From the IMG/VR virus record IMGVR_UViG_3300045988_179062: a DNA stretch of 64,000 bases. One strand, written 5' to 3'. Position 1 is the first letter of the stretch. The number at the start of each line of letters is the position of its first letter. The notes under the pieces are model-generated. The model saw nothing but the letters and a program-made list of their open reading frames with translations, did no database searches and was not told the origin of the DNA. Below are positions 28,186-38,204 of this stretch, piece by piece. This DNA is from a virus. The position numbers and the translations under genes are program-made.

Positions 28186-28419
28186 ATGCCCCGCTGTCTG
28201 CTCATCACGTCTTCCGACACGAGCGACATCGACGACTGCACCGAATACCCGGACGAGGACGCTGCCAAGGCCGCCATGGTCGAAGCATATAACTCGTTCA
28301 TCGAGACATACGCCCCTCAGGTCGACGACAGGTTCTCAGGCGTACGCGACGACAACGCGTTCGCCGTGACGGAGACCGAAACGCGTTTCTGGAAAATCTA
28401 TCCCTTGTTCATCCCGTAG
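28186..28419 (+). CDS. hypothetical acidic protein
   Basis: RBS GAAAGGAACG is upstream and the composition is coding-like. Confidence 0.4.
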   Translation: MPRCLLITSSDTSDIDDCTEYPDEDAAKAAMVEAYNSFIETYAPQVDDRFSGVRDDNAFAVTETETRFWKIYPLFIP

Positions 28420-28460
28420 AGGGGTGTATGTCCCACCCATATCCACAAGGAGGTATAACC

Positions 28461-28958
28461 ATGTCCTATGGCTGCTGCTATGAAATCTCGACGGACCCGT
28501 GCCTGTACCCCATCGGACTGCTGACGCCCGATGAGATTGCCAACGACAGACCGTACGGCGTCTATTCGGCAATCACACCCGATGACTGCACGAACATCGT
28601 CGACAACTTCCTCGAATCGCTCATCGAAGCCGGCGCGACCGTGCGTGAGATGACCGATGAGGACTACGAGGACTCGACGTCTTTCGGCGCCATCGCCATC
28701 ATTGAGTTCCCACCCGACTTCCGCGAACGTTACTTCGAGAACGCCTACCGCGCACTCAAACGCAAGGTCGACAACCTCTCGCTGACGACGTTCGCCACCG
28801 ACAGTGCCGAAACGATGTCTCTGTCGCAGATTATCAACGACGAGACAGAACTCGTGTACTTCGATTCCACGTATTACACTGTCGATGAATTTATCCGTGG
28901 GATGATGCCCGATACGCGATACTTCGTCGCAAAAGACAACGCCCTTATCATCGACTGA
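28461..28958 (+). CDS. hypothetical acidic protein
   Basis: ATG at 28461 follows AAGGAGG. The translation is Asp/Glu-rich. Confidence 0.45.
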   Translation: MSYGCCYEISTDPCLYPIGLLTPDEIANDRPYGVYSAITPDDCTNIVDNFLESLIEAGATVREMTDEDYEDSTSFGAIAIIEFPPDFRERYFENAYRALKRKVDNLSLTTFATDSAETMSLSQIINDETELVYFDSTYYTVDEFIRGMMPDTRYFVAKDNALIID

Positions 28959-28975
28959 AAGGAGGGAACCGACCC

Positions 28976-29164
28976 ATGCCAAGCGTTTCCACCATTCTGA
29001 TTGTCCTCACCGTTATCGCATGCGTTCTCGCATTGCTCGTCATCGCGGTATGTCTCGCTACAGCCACACGGCCCAAAAGCGCCGTGGAACAGGCATACGA
29101 AGACAAGATGCAGATGCGCTATCTCAAGGAACACATGAAGAAACATCCGCGAAAACGCAAATGA
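28976..29164 (+). CDS. small membrane protein
   Basis: A single TM helix, 'ILIVLTVIACVLALLVIAVCLA', is predicted. RBS AAAGGAGGG is upstream. Confidence 0.4.
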   Translation: MPSVSTILIVLTVIACVLALLVIAVCLATATRPKSAVEQAYEDKMQMRYLKEHMKKHPRKRK

Positions 29165-29170
29165 CCGCAT

Positions 29171-29208
29171 AAAAAAGGCACTCGAATCAATCGAGTGCCT
29201 TTTGTTTT
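29171..29208. terminator. bidirectional Rho-independent terminator
   Basis: The stem is GGCACTCGA / TCGAGTGCC with loop ATCAA. It is flanked by an A-run and TTTTGTTTT. Confidence 0.75.
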
Positions 29209-29391
29209 ATATGTCGGCGTATCGCTCAAAATCACAATACTGTTCGATTGGATACCGGTTTTTCGAAATCAGGTCGTACTCAAAACGAATCCAGCGCTTA
29301 TCCCGAATGAACCGTATGTCGAAGATGTACATACAACCAAGACGACATCGCATTTCTTCAAATAAGTCACTGCCCGCACCACCCAACGAAC

Positions 29392-29952
29392 TCACTTCCC
29401 CGTATGGCCAAACCCGCCTTCACGCTCGACGTTCTTCACACGGAGACCCTCAACAGGGCGAAGCACCTTCTGGAACATGCCCTGACCGATACGCTCACCG
29501 GCCTTCAACTCCACATCATGGAAGTGGAAGTTGTAAAACGCGAACATGATGTCGCCATCATTGTCCAAATTCCCGTAATAGTCACGGTCGATGACACCGA
29601 TGCTGTTCGACATCACCAGACCGCGCTTAGCGGGACCGGACGAACGATTGGCGATGATTAAGACCTCGTCCTCTTCCATCTGCGCACGGATTCCGGTATG
29701 CACCAGTACGGGCTTGATGTCACGCACCGTCTTGCGCAGGGTCACGCTGTGACGACGTCCGATAACCGTACGGATGTTGTGCAGCAAAAGACGCCAGATA
29801 CTCGGGACAACGACGTCCTCGGCACAGAAGAAATCGGCGGCCGCCGAATACTTCGTCTGATACTCAGGCAACTGCGCCTGCTCGAACAACTTCGTGCCGT
29901 CCACGCGCATGCCATGGTCATCGACATCACGTACAAACTCAAAACTTCTCAT
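29392..29952 (-). CDS. dut: dUTP diphosphatase (trimeric dUTPase)
   Basis: The motifs are 'GLVMSNSIGVIDRDYYG', 'GERIGQ' and a C-terminal 'GGFGHTG'. Confidence 0.8.
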   Translation of the reverse strand: MRSFEFVRDVDDHGMRVDGTKLFEQAQLPEYQTKYSAAADFFCAEDVVVPSIWRLLLHNIRTVIGRRHSVTLRKTVRDIKPVLVHTGIRAQMEEDEVLIIANRSSGPAKRGLVMSNSIGVIDRDYYGNLDNDGDIMFAFYNFHFHDVELKAGERIGQGMFQKVLRPVEGLRVKNVEREGGFGHTGK

Positions 29953-29969
29953 ATAACTCCTCCTCGTCT

Positions 29970-31085
29970 CTAATCACGAAATTCATCGGCAAACAACGAC
30001 GCCATGGTCGGATTGCCACGCACCAGCTTGCGCACCGTGAGCGCATCAAGTTTATCCCCGGCCAGCCTGACGTTACGCCCAGCCGACACGATAGCCGACT
30101 TCGCCTTCTGCAGACGGTCAATCGCCTTGTCGATTTCATCGACCGCCTCATCGAGCTTACGCGCGGACAGCTCATGATTCTTGCTGAACTTCGCCTTGAA
30201 ATCATCCAAGTCAGCCTCGAAACGGGACACGTCCAGATTGCGGGCGCGTTCCTGCTCCAACAGCTGGCGATATTCCAAAGAATCCAGCGCGGCGTTGCGC
30301 AGCAACGTGATAATCGGAATGAAGAACTGCGGGCGCACCACGTACATCTTCGGATACCGATACGACACGTCGACGATACCGGCGTTGTACAGCTCGCTGT
30401 CGGCTTCCAGCATCGACACAAGGACGGCGTACTCGCAGCCCTTCTCACGACGGTCGCGGTCCAATTCCTTGAAGAAGTCCTCGTTCTTGTGCTTCTTCGC
30501 CGTATCATCCATCTCGTTCTTCATCTCGAACATGATGGAGAGAAACTCCACGCCGCCCTGCGACTCACGGAAGATATAATCACCCTTGCTGCCGGTACGC
30601 GCATCATTATCCTTATCGAACTGCGCACGCGGGAAACAGGCGGCGCGAATCCTGTTGAACTCGTTCTCGCAATGACGCTCCAGCGATTCGCCGACCATCT
30701 TGGTCGACATCCGCATCTTGAAATCGCGGTATCGCTCGATTTGCTCGTCCTTGAGCGCAAGCTCCAACGCATGACGCTCGTCGTTCTGGCGAATACGCTC
30801 CTCGTAGCGCTCCCTCTGCTGTACCATACCGGTCTCAAGCTCAGCGATACGGTTCCTGTCGGCGGAACGCTCCTGCGCCCTCTTCGTCTCGTACCGCGCC
30901 TCGATGGCATCACGCTCGGCAGCATCAACACGCTTGACCTGTTCGACGGCTTTCGCGACATCCGACTCGAACTCATGCGTTCGAACCTGACGGACGATAT
31001 CGGCATAGCCTGCGTCGGAAAGACGGAACTCATGCCCGCACTCCGGGCATGTCACGCTATGGTCTTCTGCCATGTGCGTCATCAC
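29970..31085 (-). CDS. zinc-ribbon + long coiled-coil protein (DUF2130-like architecture, tentative)
   Basis: The N-terminal 'VTCPECGHEF' is a zinc ribbon. A long coiled coil is followed by a compact C-terminal domain ('GSKGDYIFRESQGGVEFLSIMFEMKNE'). Confidence 0.4.
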   Translation of the reverse strand: MMTHMAEDHSVTCPECGHEFRLSDAGYADIVRQVRTHEFESDVAKAVEQVKRVDAAERDAIEARYETKRAQERSADRNRIAELETGMVQQRERYEERIRQNDERHALELALKDEQIERYRDFKMRMSTKMVGESLERHCENEFNRIRAACFPRAQFDKDNDARTGSKGDYIFRESQGGVEFLSIMFEMKNEMDDTAKKHKNEDFFKELDRDRREKGCEYAVLVSMLEADSELYNAGIVDVSYRYPKMYVVRPQFFIPIITLLRNAALDSLEYRQLLEQERARNLDVSRFEADLDDFKAKFSKNHELSARKLDEAVDEIDKAIDRLQKAKSAIVSAGRNVRLAGDKLDALTVRKLVRGNPTMASLFADEFRD

Positions 31086-31322
31086 CCCTTTCGTCTGAAA
31101 TATACTTCTATTATACGCCGCTTCCGCTCATAAATCAACAAAAATAAAACAAGGAAAAACGATGTCCCCCTGTTTGCCCTGCCAAAAAGGCAATACGAAT
31201 GATATAATACTTCCGCTGATAAATCAGTGCATTCGATAAGGTGCGCAACAGCGCACCGACCGAATCCGTGCAACGAACGTACATAGATTCAAAATACAAG
31301 GAAAAAGGAGGAGATTCATTCT

Positions 31323-32717
31323 ATGTTAACTGATATTCTCGCTATAGCGATTCCCGTTGTCATTGCCATTGTCGTCATTGTCATCGTTGCCTGTTCCTGC
31401 TACACCGTAGCGCCCACCGACCGTGTACTGGTCATCACAGGACCCAGAGGCCGAAGGTTCGTCATCGGCAAGTCGGCACTCATCGTGCCCTTCGTCATGC
31501 GCCGTGACTGGCTGAACCTCGGCGTCATTCAGGTGAAGCTCCAGACGGAGCAGAGCATCCCCACACGAGACGCCTTGCTTATCGACGTCGGCGCCGTCGC
31601 CAACGTCCAGATTCGAACCAAAAGTTACGTCGATAAGGACGGCGTTGAGCACAACCCGTTAGAGATTGCCGCCCGCAACTATCTGAATCAGGACAAGACC
31701 AAGATGATGACCGATGTGTCCGAGGTCTTGCTGGGCAAGATGCGTGAGGCTATCGGCAGCACCGACATCCGCCATCTGATGCAGAACCGCGATGAGTTCA
31801 ATGCGACCATCGCCAACGCGGCCTACGACGACATGCTTGCTCTCGGTCTTGAGCTTGTCACGTTCAACGTACAGGACTTCTCCGACCAGCAGGGCGTCAT
31901 CGCCGACATGGGCGCCGAGATGGCATCAAAGATTACGCAGGAGGCACAGCTCGCCCGCATCAACTCCGAGCAGAGCGTCGCTGAGCGCCAGAACGAGCTT
32001 GACTTGAAGAAGGCCGACCTGCAGAAGCAGTCCGACAAGGCTCGCGCCGAGGCGGACATGGTCTACGACATCACCAAGGCCGCACGCCAGAAGGACCTCA
32101 ACATCGCCATGCGTGATGCCGAGATTGCCGCCGAGGAGCGCCAGATTGAGCTGGAGCGCCGTAAGGCCGAGACCCGCGAGCAGGAGCTGAACGCCACCGT
32201 CCGCAAGCAGGCAGAGGCTGACCGCTTCGCCGCCGAGCAGAAGGCTGACGCCGCGCTCTACACTCGCCAGAAGGAGTCCGAAGCTGTCAAGGTCGAGGCT
32301 GCCGCACAGGCTGAGGCCATCAAGCTGAAGGGTGCCGCCGAGGGTGACGCCATCGCCAAGAAGGGCAAGGGCGAGGCCGAGGGTATTGACGCACAGGCCG
32401 AGGCGTACAACAAGATGAACAACCAGTACATCTTGCTTCAGCAGTACATCGCCATCCTGCCCGACATCGCCAAGGCGATTGCCGGTCCGCTTAACAATGT
32501 GGACAGCATCACCATGTACGGCGAGGGCAACACCAGCAAGCTGGTCGGCGACACGACCAAGACCATCGCCCAGATTGACTCCGCGTTTCAGGATTCCATG
32601 GGAATCGACATCAAGACGATTCTCGGCAGCATGATTGGCGGAGCCGTAGCTGGCAAGACGGCTGCATCGGCCACAGATGACACGGTCGACAATCAGGCGG
32701 ATGCCCCGACTGAGTAA
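31323..32717 (+). CDS. SPFH/band-7 (flotillin/YqiK-like) protein
   Basis: An N-terminal TM helix is followed by the SPFH core ('VAPTDRVLVITGPRGRRFVIGKSALIVPF...IQVKLQT'). A long Ala/Glu-rich coiled coil is typical of flotillins. Confidence 0.75.
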   Translation: MLTDILAIAIPVVIAIVVIVIVACSCYTVAPTDRVLVITGPRGRRFVIGKSALIVPFVMRRDWLNLGVIQVKLQTEQSIPTRDALLIDVGAVANVQIRTKSYVDKDGVEHNPLEIAARNYLNQDKTKMMTDVSEVLLGKMREAIGSTDIRHLMQNRDEFNATIANAAYDDMLALGLELVTFNVQDFSDQQGVIADMGAEMASKITQEAQLARINSEQSVAERQNELDLKKADLQKQSDKARAEADMVYDITKAARQKDLNIAMRDAEIAAEERQIELERRKAETREQELNATVRKQAEADRFAAEQKADAALYTRQKESEAVKVEAAAQAEAIKLKGAAEGDAIAKKGKGEAEGIDAQAEAYNKMNNQYILLQQYIAILPDIAKAIAGPLNNVDSITMYGEGNTSKLVGDTTKTIAQIDSAFQDSMGIDIKTILGSMIGGAVAGKTAASATDDTVDNQADAPTE

Positions 32718-32743
32718 CTGACAACATGTAACCGATGGCAAAG

Positions 32744-32787
32744 GCCCCCGACAAACCCGACACGGGCGTCGGGGGCTTTTCTTTTTC
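32744..32787 (+). terminator. Rho-independent terminator
   Basis: The stem is GCCCCCGAC / GTCGGGGGC, followed by TTTTCTTTTT. Confidence 0.7.
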
Positions 32788-32807
32788 CGATAGAAGGAAT
32801 GCAATCA

Positions 32808-34111
32808 TGACTGATAGCAACGAAATGAACGACGCCGAGGCGGCACTCGAACACCTGCGGCAAAAGCACGGGAAGGGCAAGACAACGCCCGCCGAGGAAC
32901 CGTCGAAAGACCTCGGAGCGACCGACAATGAGCCGGACACGGACCCGGAAGATGCAACGGAAAAGCCCGAAGATAGCCCAGAACCGGGACGCAAGAAGAC
33001 CCGAAACGGTCCCCTCAAACGTCTCGTCGACAACCACCCGCGAATCACGACGGGCATCATCTTGGGCGTCACGGCCTTTACCATCGCAGCCGCCGCCGCG
33101 TCCATCACCTACACCACGCAGACCATCGACGGCAAGCTGGACAACGTCACCGACCGGTACCAGACCTCCCAAAAGGCATTGGACACCAAACAGGACGAGC
33201 TGCAGAAAGCGCTGGACACGGCCGATGCCACGTTGAAGTCCGTGATTGCCGAACAGGTGCTCGACGAGTCCACGCTCGACAACCTGAAAACGACTGCCGA
33301 CGAGGCAAAGCCCCTCCTCACCGACCCCGGCGAGGAACCGTCATCCGACGAGTTCATCCTCAAGCGTATCTATAGCTACGAGCAGCTCGCCGATGCCTGC
33401 GATAAGCAGGAGAACAAGGTCTCCGAGAATATCGTCTTGGTCAACGTCGGCGTCAAGTCCGTCAATGACTCCGTCACCGCGAAGCAGCGCGATGATGCCA
33501 TGAAGGCTACCGCCGCAAAAGTCGACGAGGCGAAAGACGTGCTCGACAAGAGCAAGGACGCCGTCCTCGACGACACCAACCGCAACGCGCTGAACGGTCT
33601 CATCGACGAGGCAAACGCCCTCGTCAACAACGCCGACGCCACGAAGGAACAGCTCGATGACGAGACGAACCGTCTGCAGGGCGGTATTGACAGCGTCAAC
33701 GCCGACATGCAGGCGAAAGTCGAGCACGACGAGGCCGTCCGCAAGGCAGAAGAGGAAAAGAAGGCTCGCGGTTCCGCGTCCGCCGGTTCCAGTGCCTTCG
33801 ACACATGGACTCCGTCGTACTACAACGCCTACGGCACAGACGAAGCTGACGCCAACGGAGCGCTGACCCAGTGGGCAGACAACTACTTCATCGCCCACAA
33901 CTGGAGTGCCAACGGAAAGCGCATCGCGTCCCGCCCGGCACACGTCATCATCAACGGGACGACCTACCACTACGTCTCCAAGATGGTCGTCAGCCGAGAC
34001 ACATGCTTCGACGACACCATCAAGGCGTTCTGCTACGCCAACAACGGCATCGCCTTCCAGACGTGCTATGGGGCAAACTACCTCATCACGCACTACGAGC
34101 CGGGGTACTAA
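32808..34111 (+). CDS. membrane-anchored coiled-coil protein with a C-terminal ~120-aa globular domain
   Basis: ATG at 32808 follows GAAGGAATG. It has a TM helix ('ITTGIILGVTAFTIAAAAASI') and an extended coiled coil. The C-terminal domain ('WSANGKRIASRPAHVIINGTTYHYV...AFQTCYGANYLITHYEP') is unrecognised. Confidence 0.5.
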
Positions 34112-34127
34112 GACCCCAATGCACAAA

Positions 34128-34165
34128 GAAAAGCGCCCGGTCATCTGACCGAACGCTTTTCTTTT
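34128..34165. terminator. bidirectional terminator
   Basis: The stem is AAAAGCG...CGCTTTT with an internal GGTCA/TGACC stem, followed by TTTTCTTTTTT. Confidence 0.55.
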
Positions 34166-34389
34166 TTGATGATTCCATCTGGCAACTCACGCTACGAAGA
34201 CTATCGTAACCAGCTCTCCGTCACGGCAACCGGCCTCACCGTCATTCCCAAGAAGAGCCAAGTAAACAACCGTGCGTTACAGCAATAATGCTTCGACTAT
34301 CGTGTCGCTGCAGACAATTCAAGGGAATCATCACGCCTCAAGTTGTCGCAGGCGTTATTATATCGCACCCGCAAGCTCGTAGCAAGACC

Positions 34390-35118
34390 CTATCTGGCAG
34401 AAATTTGAATGCGATTGTTCTTGCGCAGATTGCACTTGTCGCATAACACCTGCAGATTCGACTCCACGGTCTTGCCACCCTTCGACACAGGAATGATATG
34501 GTCGATATGCAACCCCACCTCATCAGGCATGTACTTTCCGCACTCCTGACAGGTGTAACGGTCGCGAATCTTGATGCGACGTCGCAGCTCCGGCGTCATC
34601 AGATTCCTCTGGTTCTTGGCGAAATACTTCGCCGTCGTGGTTTCGAACCCGATGGCGCGCAACGCACGATAGCGCTCCTTCAAATAATCGAATGAGCACA
34701 CGAACTCCGACTCCACGTCCGTCACGACATACGGCGTCTTCACGTAGTTATGCTGCCGATAACGGGTATGCTGACGCACCAGACGGAACTTGAAGGGAGC
34801 CAGACTGTCGTCGAGCCGTTGATACTGATGCAGGCGATGCTCGCGAAACGGCGAATTACACGCCTTATCGACGCAATCCCCGCGCCATCGCGTCACCATC
34901 ACATCCTGACGCTGGAACTCACGGAATCCGTGGTCCAAAATATATTGCTCTATCTCATTGGCCATCGACACATTTCGCCTGCCTGTCACGTCGATATCTA
35001 CGACATGGCAGGGATATGCTTCGAACGGCATGCGAAAATAAATACACAGCGTGACGATGGCGATAACGATAACAATCACGCCGATGCCAATCGGCACTGC
35101 TTCATACAAACCAAACAC
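34390..35118 (-). CDS. HNH endonuclease with an N-terminal transmembrane helix
   Basis: The C-terminal HNH motif is 'CQECGKY...HIDHIIPVSKGGKTVESNLQVLCDKCN'. An N-terminal hydrophobic helix, 'IGIGVIVIVIAIVTLCIYF', is present. Confidence 0.7.
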   Translation of the reverse strand: MFGLYEAVPIGIGVIVIVIAIVTLCIYFRMPFEAYPCHVVDIDVTGRRNVSMANEIEQYILDHGFREFQRQDVMVTRWRGDCVDKACNSPFREHRLHQYQRLDDSLAPFKFRLVRQHTRYRQHNYVKTPYVVTDVESEFVCSFDYLKERYRALRAIGFETTTAKYFAKNQRNLMTPELRRRIKIRDRYTCQECGKYMPDEVGLHIDHIIPVSKGGKTVESNLQVLCDKCNLRKNNRIQISAR

Positions 35119-35476
35119 CTACCTTTTGCAGATTGACACACAGACCGCCCGGAATGCCCCACAGGAGACGTTTACGCCCTCGGTCGATAAACTGTCCACC
35201 TAAGACATTTGGACGGCTTACAGAGCGTCTGAGCGCCTCACGTTACCGCATCCCATGCCACAGCATGACACTTTCGTAATTCGCCTCATCGCAAACCACA
35301 TGGCGCCCGCGCAACGCGGAAAGATACGGCGTGAAATCCATCGCAATACGCACCATGTGCGCCGCCTTGTCCAGCTTCGCTTCCATCTTGTCCGTCGCCT
35401 CCTTTCTCATGTAATGAAAAAGGCGCCGTACGAATACGACGCCCTTGGACGTTATCGAAACGACGCCGGTCCCGTC

Positions 35477-36274
35477 TTACTCGACCGTCGGAACCAACAG
35501 ACGGCTGCCACGAACGGGCATCATCAACACGCGGCCCGTGCCGCGATAGACGTTGACGAGGCCCTCGCCCGACGCTGCGGAACCCAACAAGGTCTTGCCG
35601 GAACGCTCGACGGTAAAGTTCAGACCCGCGCTCCATGCCACGGCGAAATTGCCGTCAATCTTGAGCACATCATCCTGCATGTTTATCTCGATAAGCTCCT
35701 CACGCGGGCAATCCGCCTCGATGCAGAACACGCCCTTACCATCCAACTTGAGGTTGAACAGGCCCTCTCCGCCAGCAAGCGCCGAAGAGAAGTTCGAGCG
35801 CATCACCGTGCTGTGACGCAGCGTGGACTCGCACGCCAAGAACAGCCCGTCATCCAACACGACACCGCCCGGCCACTCGGACGCATCCATCAGCAACAGA
35901 TAGCGATACGTCGGCTCCAACACCAGAAGACCGCTACCCACGTACTCCGGCTTGATAGCCGACTCACCGGTCGCCTTGCCACGGAACGCCTTGCTGACGA
36001 AATCACCGGCACCCTTAATGCCCGTGGTGCAGTTGACATCACCGGCGAACCACTGCATAGCGCCCGCCTGCGTCGTGATACCATTGCCATTCATACGGCA
36101 CACCAGCTGACGCTTGCGAACGTTCATCTCGCTGCTAAAGTACGCCACCACGGAATCAGCCGGCGAAACGCTCAGGTCACGCTTGTACTCGGCGACGCGG
36201 AACGGACCCTTCTCATCGGTCACAGCGATGTCGTCGTTACCTGCGGCACCTACGAAATTCTTCACTTGAAACAT
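35477..36274 (-). CDS. AIM24-family (DUF124/TIGR00266-like) protein
   Basis: The start is taken at the ATG giving 'MFQVKNFVG...', 8 nt after AAGGAGG. 'VAYFSSEMNVRKRQLVC', 'LLVLEP', 'GEGLFNLKL.GKG' and 'GEGLVNVYRGTGRV' resemble the AIM24 fold signature. Confidence 0.5.
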   Translation of the reverse strand: MFQVKNFVGAAGNDDIAVTDEKGPFRVAEYKRDLSVSPADSVVAYFSSEMNVRKRQLVCRMNGNGITTQAGAMQWFAGDVNCTTGIKGAGDFVSKAFRGKATGESAIKPEYVGSGLLVLEPTYRYLLLMDASEWPGGVVLDDGLFLACESTLRHSTVMRSNFSSALAGGEGLFNLKLDGKGVFCIEADCPREELIEINMQDDVLKIDGNFAVAWSAGLNFTVERSGKTLLGSAASGEGLVNVYRGTGRVLMMPVRGSRLLVPTVE

Positions 36275-36500
36275 TGCGATATTCCTCCTTTTCTTCGTTG
36301 ATACGAATTTGTGGTCCACGTTCGGACCGCACGTAAAATGATTATGCCTATCGTATGAATTATACCATAATTGTGCACATATATCAACGAAAAATGACCT
36401 GTCACCAGGTCATTTCCTGTGCTACAATCATATGCAATCGCGGTGCGCAGCCTTCGGGTCGCACCTGAGGCGGCTCGATGCGTCGGGCCGCCTTTTTTTG

Positions 36501-36779
36501 TTACTGATTCACGCCACGTTGATGTTCGTTCCAATATCGCTTATACATTCCGTTGCGCCATACGGAAAAGAAGCATGCACACTGCGCACGCGTCATACCT
36601 TGGCAATCAACATACGGCTTGGTCAGGTTGAGACGCTCACCAACCAAAATCGTGCCGTACATGCGCTCGATATACGCGATATCGGCCTTCAAGTCCTTAA
36701 TCTCGAGCGCGATATCATCCCGCGTGACCTGCTCGTTCAACTGCTCGAAGTTCGAGCCATACTTTTCCAAAATACCCAC
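36501..36779 (-). CDS. hypothetical protein
   Basis: The composition is coding-like and the gene is co-directional within the minus-strand cluster. Confidence 0.4.
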   Translation of the reverse strand: MGILEKYGSNFEQLNEQVTRDDIALEIKDLKADIAYIERMYGTILVGERLNLTKPYVDCQGMTRAQCACFFSVWRNGMYKRYWNEHQRGVNQ

Positions 36780-36869
36780 TATTTGTTCGACCTCCGATAT
36801 AGAATCGTACGTAAATACATGCTCAAATTATAAAGCCCGCCGCCCAAAAGAGCGACGAGCTTTATCGGC

Positions 36870-37079
36870 TTACTCCTGCGCGCCCTTCTTCAGGTTACAG
36901 TCGCGACAGAGCATCTGGCAGTTATCGGGTGTTGTGTGTCCGCCCTTGCTCCACGGCTTGATATGGTCGCCGTGCATCTGCTCGAACTCGAACTCCTCGC
37001 CGCAGATGGCGCACTTGTGACCCTGACGCTCGTATGCCTCGCGCTTCGCAGCGCCTAAATTACTGTTATTACCTGCCAT
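36870..37079 (-). CDS. minimal HNH endonuclease (69 aa)
   Basis: The HNH motif is 'CAICGEEF...[27 protein letters not shown]'. Confidence 0.65.
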   Translation of the reverse strand: MAGNNSNLGAAKREAYERQGHKCAICGEEFEFEQMHGDHIKPWSKGGHTTPDNCQMLCRDCNLKKGAQE

Positions 37080-37107
37080 TTCATGTCTCCTTTTCTATAA
37101 TTGCCCC

Positions 37108-37347
37108 CTACAGCACGAATGCCCATACGAGCATACTCACCGTAATCGTGCAGCCCACCACGGCCCACACGATGGTCATGACCTTCACATTGCGATACAG
37201 CAATCGCTGCAACTGCTGTTTCTGCTGGTCACGCGCAGCCTTCTTCATCTGATAACGATATATCGCATATATCACGCCGAAGGCTATCGACCATATCAGC
37301 AAAGGCGTCAGTCCGATGCCGATAAGCACAATCGGTGCTACTTTCAT
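37108..37347 (-). CDS. small two-TM membrane protein
   Basis: Two hydrophobic helices are predicted. Confidence 0.4.
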   Translation of the reverse strand: MKVAPIVLIGIGLTPLLIWSIAFGVIYAIYRYQMKKAARDQQKQQLQRLLYRNVKVMTIVWAVVGCTITVSMLVWAFVL

Positions 37348-37493
37348 ACGTAAGACCCCTTTCTTGAAAACATCCCGCGGTACCCCGCGGATACAACGCG
37401 GTCAGGGCAATACGCCCTGAAGAGGCGGCGATACGCCGCCGGGAGGTTCGGAAAGTCATTTCCGATACTCGGAGAGGAGAAGGAGAACAAATC

Positions 37494-37799
37494 ATGACAA
37501 GCGAAAAGACCTATCGCATCATACATACGCTGCAGGCCGTCACGGGAACCATCGTCGGTATCGGCATGTTCCTGCTCATCGGAACCTGCGGTTCCCTTGA
37601 GTGCGACACCATTTCCCTCGGCACCGCGTTCATCCGACTCGTCGTCATCACGCTGGTCGGCGCGCCGTTCGCCTACGCTCTCAACTACCTGACGGAGATT
37701 GAGAGGTCCCTGCGCGAGAATGATGCCATCGAACGTGAGCGCATCGCCGCACGCGAGCGCAGGCGCCAAAAGCAGTGGAACGCCTATTTCCACAGCTGA
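37494..37799 (+). CDS. small membrane protein
   Basis: Two TM helices are predicted. RBS GGAGAAGGAGAA is upstream. Confidence 0.4.
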   Translation: MTSEKTYRIIHTLQAVTGTIVGIGMFLLIGTCGSLECDTISLGTAFIRLVVITLVGAPFAYALNYLTEIERSLRENDAIERERIAARERRRQKQWNAYFHS

Positions 37800-38204
37800 T
37801 GCGAGAGACACCATGCCATCACGGCACGGTGTCTTTTCTTTTTCGCAGACGCTCCGCATGTCGACCTCGCTTCCGTTTCCACCGTGTTTTTCTCATTATA
37901 TCGCAATTCTGCTCATTTATCAAGGTAAAACGACGAATTTGTTCTAAAACACGGCTCTCAAAAACATGCCTCTCAACATCAAAATCAAAACCCTCACACC
38001 ACAATCCCGTACGCATAGCTTATGACGCACAGAAATGCCCCGAGAAGCTCGTTAAAACCTCTTGGGGCACTCCTTATCGACCCATGATATAAACACATCT
38101 TAAAACGGCTCTCAGGGCCTCAGCCCCTGCCGTGTACCTTCATCCATGACCGCCGGTGCAGTCTCTCTTCAGGCACTTACGCACGTACATGCGAGAACGA
38201 AGAG

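Noticed and set aside
33750-34111. Sortase-like catalytic domain at the C-terminus of 32808..34111 (His...TYHYV...FQTCYG).
   Set aside because: Only ~11 residues follow the Cys, with no downstream catalytic Arg, and no TLxTC motif. This is insufficient for a sortase fold.
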